Assembly: GCF_036588685.1 (NCBI RefSeq)
Contig: NC_086379.1
Location: forward strand, 29,078,001 to 29,142,000
Source of the DNA: Mytilus trossulus
Taxonomy: Eukaryota
Direction: 5' to 3'
DNA length: 64,000 nt
Positions 13,501 to 25,500 of the stretch are shown piece by piece; within the stretch, counting starts at the first letter, position 1; each line of letters starts with the position of its first letter. Position numbers and translations under genes: made by a program. Under the pieces are notes generated by a model that was not told where the DNA came from, did not search any database, and worked only from the letters and a program-made list of their open reading frames with translations.

Positions 13501-16500
13501 TAACAGAAGGACATGGCTTGGTCAGTTCTAGAGAGGCTTCTTCAGCTGTCAGCTTCCTGAAGTCAACTCCATTATACTGCAAACAAAATTATTCATTTTC
13601 ATTTTTTAACAAGAACATATACAGATATGATGACTAGATTCTAGTGTAATCCACTTATAGTAGTGATGAAAAAAGCATACAAATATAACTTTTCAAAACG
13701 AAGGGTTGTATTTATATCAATATGAAGAAAAGTTTATATAAAATTTCAAAAATACTCACTTCTAAAATTTGATCACAGCAATGGAGACCATCGTGGCCGA
13801 AAGCAAAACTCTGTGGTTGAACCTCATGGACAAATATTCCTACAGCATTACCACCAATGGTACTGATGCCAAGACTAAGGTTGGGAGAACTTTTCTTAAA
13901 GGACAAGACTCTGGCTGCCTCACATGCTGTATCACTGGCACTGATGAAAGAAAGAAAAAACATGAATTATAATTAATAAAACTGAATACATATGTTAACA
14001 AGAGGTTAAATCAATAGACCACCTTCGAGTTCATCCGTCACTGGAAAAAACTCGTCAATTATACGCGCCTTTATCACCGTCATTTGTGCGTTTAGGGGCG
14101 TCGTAACTTCCCTTCCAATGTTAAGCAAGTGGTTGGAAAACTATAATTCTATATTGTACGAATTATTCGGCAAATTGAATTCTCAAAATTGACAATCAAC
14201 ACTGCTGTCATTAGGGAATTGTCAGGTAAGTACCTACAGAGCAACCATTATTTCTAGTTTATCCTGCACAAAGACGATCACTTAGACGCTTGATGAACGT
14301 AAATAGTGCAGGGATACAGGCGACCCCCTCTATCTGGTAAATAACGTCATAAAGGCGTGCATAATTGACCAGTTTTTGCCGGTGACGGATGAACTCAAAA
14401 GTGGTCTATTATACACACATCACTTACATTATATCAGAAGGCCAAATATTGTTATACAATTAATGATTTGATTTTCATTTTTGTTGTTTTAATGCCTGTT
14501 TTGAGCACCACATTTAGGCTATTTTGTGGCAGTCTATTTTTATTGGTGGAGGAGTACCCGGAGATAGCCACAGACCTTCGATAGGAAAACTGACAATCCT
14601 AGTCAATTTAGATTGGTGTCAAGTGCACCCACAAAGCGGGTTTTCGAACTCACAAGCTCAGTGTTGACTGGCTAGTAATTACAGTAGTAACTACTTGGAC
14701 CACACAGCCACTGAGGTCCCCATTATACAATTTATGAATTGGAAGATAAGGATTTTATAATTAAACTACACACTAACATTTTTTTTTGACTGATTTTTGT
14801 TCACTCTTTGAATAGTTTAAACAAGACTATGTTAGGTTCACTGGTATTCTAACAAGGAAAATCATTCTGAACAAGAACATTTATAACTTCAGTTCAAATT
14901 GATACTACCAAATGCTTTAACTCCTCAAAATAACTTGTTTCTTGGAAGAATTTCAAGCTTAAAATATAGAATTGTGAAGTGACAAAATACTTACTCCACA
15001 ATAGAAGCTCTTGGAGTTTTATTTCTACCACTAGAACCTGTACCATTATGGTTACGTTTAAATGTTCCTAGACCAGGAGAATTTTTAGGAGAATTATTAG
15101 CACTGTCCTCTCCAGATGAATCACCAGTTTTACTGTAATATTCTGTAATGGAAAATAAGTGTGTTATAAAATCTGTTAATAAAACTGTAAATTTGCTTAT
15201 AATATGTACTTTTTTAATCATAAATACATTCTTTGACTCATTGGCACTCATTAAACAATTTCTTATTAATATTTAATCTGATATTTTGTTTTAAATGACA
15301 CAGTAAGATACACAGTAGTTTTGGTCACGGTAATTTCCGTTAATAAATTTATGCAAGATTGCTCAAGACATCCTAATTATTACTTCAAGATAAGATTATC
15401 GAGTGAACAGACAACAAATCTTTTGTAATACAGAACTAAAGTACTTAGACTTTTCCCCGAGTAATTTCGGGCAATCTTGCAGATATTTTGGAACAACAAG
15501 TTGCAACATAACATGGTTCTAAATTAAACATTGCTATATATGATGATACACTTACCATCAGGATTATGTTGTACCAGAAGACTGAGGGAATTCCCCACCT
15601 GCTTCAATATTTGTGATGCCATTTCCTGAGATGCTGTTCTCATATTTATTCCACAAATCTGTAAAATAAGATAAATTTTGATATCTCTTCTACTTTTTTT
15701 CCCCACAGCCTCATTTATGTATACCTTGCCTTTTCTTACTTAACATATCAAGAACTAAATATTATAAAATTTATATTTGTGTTGAGCTTATTTTTTTTCT
15801 TCTGAAAAGAGCTAAATGTGAAGATGTTTTATATTTGTTGATGAAAAATTGGTATGCTAAATGTTCAGGTTCTTGTGTTAATTTTATTCTTTTACCAACA
15901 AAAATTTTATCCAGAAATTCAAAAAAATAACTATATGCTGTGGATTCAATTGTGCTCGTGGATATCACTTTGGTGGATTGTGGAAAAATATATAGTTTTG
16001 GGATATTTTATTTCGTTTGCTAAACTCAGCACTCAAACATATAGATTCTTTGTACTTCGTTTTACCGATGAAATCCCCCAAAAATTGGTATTCAAGGAAT
16101 CATAATGAATCCACAGTAGTTCTTTCTTAACAAAGTGATTTAATTTGAGGTGTTGTGTAATACTTTTGGTGTTTAAGTTCTACCAAAAAAAATAGCAATT
16201 AGTGGTAATAATGTTTACTAATTATATCCTATCATGCCAACTCAAGACAAAACTGACATGTTATTCTGATAATGAAACATAAATATTTTCTCTTGTAAAC
16301 TGACCTCTAAAAATTGATCCCCTATAACAAGTCCTGCTTTAGCTGCCAAACTATTCTCATTTACACTGGAGACAAAGGTTCCTCCTTTAGGACCAGTCTC
16401 TATCTGAAATCCTACAGGCTGTGAGGTTCGTTCTATATATATTGTTCTGGTCTGTCCTGGATGAAGTCTAAAAATATAATGGCATAGTTTGATTAGGTGG

Positions 16501-19500
16501 GTTTAGTGTGAAGTCAATTTTCACTGATTTAGCTCTCATTTTTGTTAAGGGGCCAGCTGAAGCTCACTACAAGATGCAGATTTTCTCATTGTGTTGAAGA
16601 CCAATAGACTATTTTCATATTACTGACTTTTGACTCCAGTTTATATTATTTTTCAACAGGTTACCTATGACATCCTGTTACTCAGTCAATTAAGAGCAAC
16701 GTAAAGAAGTAACATCAAACATTTAATTGGTACAATTTTTGGTTAAACTATACTGCTTCATATTTTTGCTTTACACGACAAACTCATTGGAAAATAAGAA
16801 AATTTCCTCTCAAATTACATTGGTTAAATGTTTGATGTTACTTATTTACGTTGCTCTAAATTGACCAGGATGTCGCAGATAACCTGTCATTATATTATAA
16901 ACCGGAGTCAAAAGTAGGTAAAATGAAAAAAGTTGATTGGTGTCTTTGGGCTGTTTTCTGCTCATTGATCGGGATTTTGTCTCTTTGACACATTCCCCAT
17001 ATCCAATCTCAATTTTATTATAATCAAACTATAACAAAATTCAGTATTTCATCAAATGGAAAATGCTTTACTGTGGATTCATTTATGTTCGTGGGTACCA
17101 ATTTTCGTGGTTTGAGGAAAACTTGCATATTCGTGGATATTTAAATTCGTGGTTTTTGATAAGTCTGCAAACATTCCTTAAGCAAATTTGTAATTCGTTG
17201 AACATTTGAATTCGTGGTTCTTCGGTATCCACGAAATCCACGAAAATTAGTATCCAACAAATATGAATGAATCCACAGTATTTAACTTAGACTTATCATT
17301 TTCTATTTGTTAAGATAAGATTAATGTACTAACATGTTATCAAAAATCTAAAATGTTGAATAAAATCTTCAAACAAATAAAAACCTGCAGGCATGAAGAT
17401 ACTCTTTGTAAAGGAGATATGTTGAAGACTGTACTTTGACCTATAATGGTTTACTTTTACAAATTGTTACTTGGATGGAGAGCTGTCTCATTGGCACTCA
17501 TACCACATCTTCATATGTCTATTTAATCCAAAATCTTAGCCTACCTTCTTCTTGCATGTTCAGGGTCAATAATATTTTCTGATTCTAACATGGGAGATCC
17601 TGGGCTACTTCTGGCTGACACTGTAAAATATAATCATATCAAAAGTTATCTTATATAAAGCTCAATTTTATAGCTCTTATGTCAATTTGTTACTGTGTTT
17701 ACAAAACACTTCAGCCAACAGACTATCGTCCAGGTGTATGTTAAAATTAATTTGACCTTGAATGATATCTTTGCCTAGAAATTTTGAAACGGAATAAATG
17801 TATCAAATTTGTTTTTCATTTACATTTATTACTTCAGGCCGTTTTTGTTTGTTTGTTTTAAATTGTTTTACATTTGTCAATTATAGGTCTTTCACATCTG
17901 ACTATTGAGTATTTTTTAACTCATTTTTGGAGGCTGTACAGTGACCTACATCTGTTAATTTCTGTATCATTTGGTCTCCTGTGAAGAGTTGTCCATCATA
18001 CCACATATTCTCAATATCTCTATGTACATACAATCTACATAAATCTCACATACTAAATATTAATTTCAAAATTTACATGAAAATTATTATTGTTGACTTT
18101 TCATCTTTCAAACTGAGAATATATTGCATGCTTATTTTCCTATAGGAACATAGACTCACCAACTTCAACAGAACCTGTAGAAGCTATGCTCTGATTGGAT
18201 GGAGGAACCCACATCCAGCTGGACTGTTGTTGTTGTTGTTGAACCTTTCTGGGAAATGTACTGGTTTCATAATCCCCTGACTTCCTGGTTCCTTGTTGAC
18301 CTGAATATAACATATGGTCACTAGGGGTAGAACTGATCTGTGACGGACTAGGAGAACTACACCACTGAGGGAAGGAGGGTGATGGCCGCCTGAATTCTTG
18401 GTCTGTATGTGGCATAGGAAATGGTTTAGAACCAACTGGAGACATCCCTGCACTTCTGTAGAAATACAAACATTTTATGATAAAACAAAGGAAAATGTAC
18501 ATTTTCTGAGGATCAATATTATTCCTTGATTTTTAGATTTCATATATTAAAGGAAAATGTGCATTTACTAAGAACATTGTTATTCCTTGATTTTATATAT
18601 CATACATTGTATATGAAACGAAAAATGTGCATTTACCAAGCCTTGATTTCAGTTAGAGGTGAACCACAAATTAAAATGTTGATTTAAAAACAAATTTACT
18701 ACAGGCTTTTTTTGTAGATGTTTGAAAAACCATGAAATCATTAGTTCACGAAAATAAAAAAAATCCAGGTGAAAATACCAAAGAAAATAAGATAAGTGTA
18801 GTAACTGCCTAACATGAAAAGAGAAAATACAAATTTCTCTTTCAAAATACAGGAAAACAATGCAAAAGAGAAATTTCCATTTTAATTTTTTTTATGTTGT
18901 AAAAACATTTTTATCCATGATTCAACTAGAAATACAATAATTTAGTTGTACTAAATTTATTTTTTATTGACTTTACCTACAATTTTTTTCATATTTACAG
19001 AAACACACTATGAAACTAGAACCATGATTAAACTAACAAAGGATACCCAATGCACCACAATACTATCATGAATTTAAGTATAAAAGTAATTTGATTATCT
19101 CCCCTTGAACAAGTTTAGACCAAAGATCTGGCATATGTATTCCTATGCACATCCTCAGGTCCTGTAAGAGTTGCACTAACAAGGAAGAAGACAGACAGAC
19201 AAACAGATGTTCTAATAAGATGTTTTGTATTAGAGCTTATTTCATAAACCTTGTAGAGTAAGATTTTGGTTTGATTGCTTACTTTGCTAGTATAAGCGAT
19301 AGCCCAAGCATTGTAACAACCTGTATGTATCATATCTAAATTTGATTGGATGTTATCCTAATAACAATTATACAATATACAAACCAAGCAAGCAAGCTAC
19401 CCAAAGTCTTACTCTACATGCATTAGGAAATAAGCTCTAACACTAGTATCAAAACTTTGTTTGGCAGGGAACATCAAATATATTTACCCATAATGGCTGC

Positions 19501-22500
19501 CTCTACTTGACGGGAATGAACTCGTTGACGGTACTCTCTCTGATAAATATGGCGGTGAATGTAATGAATCAAATGTTGATGTTTCACTTGACCATCTTGG
19601 ACTTGAAGTGGACATTCGACTACTTTGTGAATCTGTTGATGTGTTAAATGGATGACTAGATCTAGAATGTGGTCCTGAATGTCCTGAATAATGATGACGG
19701 CGCTCCTTGTTGTCACGTTCAACAGGGCGCCGTCTTACAGGTTTATTATTTACTCCAGGTTCTCGGATTATGTCCCTTGAATAAGTGGATGGCACTTCAG
19801 GGTGTCTACTTTTAGAAGGATATGCCTTCTGTGAAATATATGAATTCCTGTTTGGAGACACTGTCTTTCGCGGTGGCAGAAATGAATTGTCATGACTATA
19901 GGAAGAGTATGGTGGCATGCTGGTCGTCATAACAGAATTTTGTGGAAACTGTGATGACTTAATCCTTGGTTTTGGTGAACTAACAGGAGAATAAGAAGGG
20001 TAACGACGTACTGTGGAATCACTACTCTGTGGACTATGGTGGTATTTCACAGTAGAATCAGAACTTTGAGGACTATGACGAACAGCTTCATATGAAGAAA
20101 TGGTCCTCTCCGGAGGATCTGGTGGCACTTTTTGAGATCCATCTAAATTAGATGTCAGAATACTTGGTCTTTCCTGCTTTTTGCGAGGAGATGGAACCAT
20201 CACAGTTCCATTCACCTGAGGGGGAATAATCCTATTACACTTTGGCCAAGTGCCATTATCTACTTCATATTCACGTTTCCGGCTGGACTTTTGGAAGTGA
20301 TCATTCTTTTTGTCCATCATTCCTGGGTGTAATCCAAGGTCTTTCCAAAAGTCATCATCTGTCGTCTGCTGTGAGGATATATGTGATGTTGTCATTGGCA
20401 ACACATGACTTGATTCTTCCAAATTATGTGGTTTATCATGATTTTTTCCCATTCGTGTATTACCACCAAAAAACTTTTTTAACAATCCTTGTTTATCATG
20501 TTTATGGTCATTTTCTTTGTGTCGATTACTCCCGTTTAAAAACTTGGAATCGTTTTGTTTAATAGTGTCAGTTTGGGATTCACTACTTTTTAAGTTTTTA
20601 TTATTATCTGGAGAACTATTTGGTTCCCAGGCGTTTCTTTTTACAGATATGGTTTCTGGTTTTGAATAGGTCATTTGTTCGGTTTTCGGTGATATTATGG
20701 TTTGTATAATTGGTGTCGGTGAAGAGGCAGCAGAATTAAATGTCGTCTGCCTCCAAATATCTAAGGACACTGGATCCTTACAATCTTCTAAAACTTTTAT
20801 TAATTCCTTTGGAGTTAAATTTTCTACTGAGCGGCCATTCACCTGTTAAAAGAAAGAAGAAAATGTTAAATTGTGAATTCTCTATCATCAAAAATACAAA
20901 TAATTTATACAATAATTCTCATGAGAGATTATCTATGTGTTATTCAGTTCAACTGTTCAAATATTCTTATAGATTGATATTTGGATTAGATCTATGCAGG
21001 GGCTGAGAGTATCATCCATGAAAACTTTTAAGAAGGACTTCACCGTGATTTTGAAGTTTTACTATTTTCCGTGGGATAGCTAAAGTACATGTACTAATTC
21101 CAAACTGTGTGAAACCATTGATGCACACTGCAGAAACAAATATGAACTAGGACCAACCAAAACCCCATGAATAGTGATCTCAGCAGCCAACTTTAAAGTA
21201 AAAAGTTGGAGATATAATGGATAAAGTGCAGTGTTTTTTAGTCATCTTCTTTCAGCTTACTGCTGAAACAAAATATCAAGAAATGATTCTAGCTTAAAGT
21301 ATACACACAAATAATGCCACAGCAGCTTTTACCAGCAGTTTCATGGATTATTTTCTTGTTCTTGCTTCATTATTTGTATTATAGGTCACAGTCTCATTCT
21401 AAGTAAAATGTTTACATGACTTACACAAACAATTCTGTCTCCTGTGGTAAGAATTCCCTCCTTGGCAACAATAGATCCTGGGGTGATCCTACTAATGTAT
21501 AGCCCTTGCTCTATATGTAATCCAAGGTCTGAAACAAATAATGAACATCATGTCCAATTAGAAATGTAAAAAGCCAATGAAGACAAAGTAATGCCACAAA
21601 ATCAGGTTAAATTGACCGTTTTCTTCACAAGAAAATACCTATACCAAGTCAGGAAGTACTTTTTTGAATGACAAATGTTTTAAAGTATATTTTTGCTCTT
21701 AAAATCTTAATTTTATTTTGCCAATGCCTTCACAGGTCAAACACCACTACTCATTTTTTTCATTTTGATTAAATAGGTTGATTATCTCACTAAGGGGTAC
21801 ATACATGACCTAACTAGATCTCTACCTAGGTCATGTATTCTCACAATGGGATTGCAAAAGTTTTCTATTAACTGTATTTGAGAGATAAATATTCTATCAA
21901 AACACTTGAGCCAGTGTTAACCTTCTAACAATGTTTAATGCCCTATTAAATTTTGTCCAAACTTACATGGGAAAGTGTAGCAGCAAAAAAGTATGATTAT
22001 GTGTGGATAGAAACTTTCAATGGTATATTCAAACATAGTGTACAAACAATCACATTTTTTCACAAGTTTCCTATTACTTTAATGACCATGCAAAGGTATA
22101 CACATAATTGAACAGCTTGTTTATCACCAGGATTCTTGATTTCTGAGAGACAATGAAGTAAATTCCAGATAACTTCATCTATTTTATTTTCAATACCAAC
22201 CTTTGCCAAGCATGACACTCAGTTGTAATGGTTGCCAGGTTCTCGGAGTTATGCATCTTCTTCTTCTTACCAACTGAAATGACAATTTTAATAACAATTC
22301 ATTTAGGTTATCAAATTAATGTGTTACAGTTATAGCAAATCTTTGATCTAAATTTCTTTATAACTTTTTTTCATTGACATCCATTATATTCATATTTACA
22401 GTCAGTCATGTCAGTTAAATGATGGATTTGCTTAAAAAGTTGAAATGCTACTTTCAAAATTGAATTTCACTCATGTTTGGGAAAATCAATGTACTTTAAA

Positions 22501-25500
22501 AAAAAAAAGATTACTTTTAGCCTTCGTGAAGAAGCTGAATGAAAATTACATTATATTTTGGAGAAATTGTCTCTTTAATGATGATAATTCAATAAATGGA
22601 AATAAACTAAGAACCTACAGAAAATTTAAAGTAAAGTATGAACTAGAAAAGTACCTTTTATTGAATTTAGATTAAAATGTTACAAAAAATTATGCTAAAA
22701 TAAGTAATAGTAGGCTGGCTGTTGAACGTGGTAGATACAACAAAACAGCTTTAGAAAATAGAATATGTCCTTTATGCCATAAAGAGGTGGAAGATGAATT
22801 TCATTTTATCATAACATGTTCAGAAATTAATAAAACTAGAATCAAAATGTTTGATAGAATATCTAGTATTGTCTCCTGTTTTAATTCAATGAGTGAAGAA
22901 AACAAATTTGATTTTATATTTTCCTGCGAAGAATGTGATATTTTACTTATCATTGTTAACTACATAAGTGAAATGTATAATGAGAGAAACAATTATAATG
23001 TCAATATATGAACTGTGTAATTGATGGCTCAACTTATAATGTTATATATATTATAACATATTTTTTTGTAACATATGCATAATATTTTAATTGATAATTT
23101 TAAAGAGGAGGCATGCTGTCAAAAATAGTATTATAATTAATACTAATAATCTATGTTTTTGTTTTTCTTTCAATGCTACATGTTTGTAGTGTATAATGAC
23201 TATCGTTTTGTAATTAATATGCCACTGTCTGTTTGTTTGTTTTTGTTGTGTATTTTTGTTTTTATTATTGTTTGGATTTTAGACTAATAAAATTCTTATT
23301 CTTATAAAAAGAATTGACAGATTGAATGTTTCTTCTGGTGTTTTTTGTGTGCTGTTGAGTTACTGTTTCTTTGACATTCACCACACATTTCATTTTATTT
23401 ATACAAGAACACATCTAAACAATTTACAGTTACTATAATATTAAAGCCATGTCCTGAATTGATAAATATTTTTTTCAAATTTTTATTTGTCTATCATTAT
23501 TTTCTGTATTTGTAAATGTATCAAATTTGTGAAAATTAGAGGAAAACCAAATCAGACTCAAATAATAAGTTAGTTATATAAGTTTAATACACTTGACCCG
23601 ATTCTATGAAATACAACTAGAGTTTCAAGCTAATAAACAAATGCCGTATGATTATTAAATTCAAGTCTGACTAAGTAACCACAAATAAAAACAAATCTAT
23701 TCCATTTCTGTTTACAAAGCTATTGTGTTTCCAATATGTTTTCCCTATTATGTAAAAGGATTGGAATTATTTAAAACATAACCGCAGACGAATAAATTAA
23801 TTTTCTTGTGACAGATGTTGAAAACAATATTGTTCAAAAGTACTGAGGCTGTTTCAGCTGATTCAAATGAGCAATATTGATATTGATCTAAACCAAACAA
23901 CTGTTTGAATAGAACCTGATGAAATTCATACTTCAATAAAAATCTAAATATAGAAGAATAAATATCTAGTCAGAGCTTAATAAGTAGAATGGTAAATCTG
24001 CTTTTCTTATTCCAAACTAAACAGGGTAATATCTTAAGGGCTGTTCCAGAAAATACTATGTCCCCCCCCCTCCCCAGGGACCGCACTTTTTTTTAACCCC
24101 CACCACCCACAGAAATAAAATTTAATTAGAACAGCACTCCCTTTGCATTTTGGTATTTCAAATACAACCACCCACATAATATTTAAAAAAAATTGCCTTC
24201 CCTGGGGGGGGGGGGGGGGGACATAGTATTTTCTGGAACAGCCCTAACCGTTCCAGAATGGTCAAATGTCAGGTTGTAGACGCATGTACCAATTGAAGTT
24301 GTGTGAAAAGCAAAATTAAAATAATGATTGCTTAAAGTACCTTGATATTGGACAATACACACATTTTGTGTTTGTTTACATAACAAAATCCCTGTGGAGA
24401 TTTAAATTCAAAATCTATCTTCATTCTAGAATTTTTAATAAACTTATTTTTGATGATTCTCTGTTATATTTATATGTTGTTCAACATGATCCCCCTATGA
24501 TATATTTCACATTCATTTTCCAATTTGTATTGTTTTACATTTGTTATTTTGGGGCTTTTTATAGCATGTTATGTGGTATGTGTTTTGTGTGTTGTTGAAG
24601 GCGGTACACTTATCTATAGTTGCTAACTCCAATGTCAATTTGAACTGGTGGAGAGTTGTCATATTTCCTCACTTTATAGATATAGAATGAAGATAATAAC
24701 ATTTGTCTGAACTTTTTTCAATATTTCATTTTATTATATAAAAATGTTTTTCTGTTACAAATCATGATGTATTGTTCTATGTGTACATGTTATGCTGCCC
24801 ATCAAGGGCCCTTGATTGGAATAATAAAATATTCTTATTCTTATTCTTATTCTTATTTGCATCCACATATTCTTATTTTTATATTCTACTTACAAATGAA
24901 GCTACACTAGAAGAAGAATTCCTGAGAACTTGTAAAGCTGATCGCTTGTCAAAATTTGTGACATCAATGTTGTTTATCTGTACAATCACATCATTTACTC
25001 TGAAAAAGAAAAATGCAAAACAATTATAATTAAGTCACTCATAAAATGTTTAATGGATGAATACCTTGAAGGTGGCAGGGGTTGAGCTGTTTGTTTGGTT
25101 GTTACTTCATTGACCTACACCTTACGTCTAAATGTTTGACTTAATGAGTTGGGACGACACATTCGCGTAATTATTATCTATTTGTTACTGGATCCCAAAT
25201 GCTTTTATGTCTATCTCTAAATATTGAGATTTACTAGTTTAGCCATGTTTTAATAACTAATGGATTTTTGAACAATATTTATCATGTCTATGCTAAAAGT
25301 CAATAATATTAGTATGAATATGAATATTGCTGAAAAGACTCATTATCAAGACACTAAACAGTTTATTCTTATTCGAAGAAAATCAGAGAGTACTAATTGT
25401 AATCAATATCTCGAAAATAACCTAAGCAACAATATATCTGAAATTATTCAACATGATGAAATCACTCTTCCATTGAATCAGCAAGTAAATGCTCGGTGAA

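Noticed and set aside
20242-20562. Antisense/overlapping ORFs (20242-20562, 31084-31356, 13769-13972, 19474-19722, 18184-18453)
   Set aside because: These are shadows of real DLG5 exons in other frames or strands, with no independent signals.
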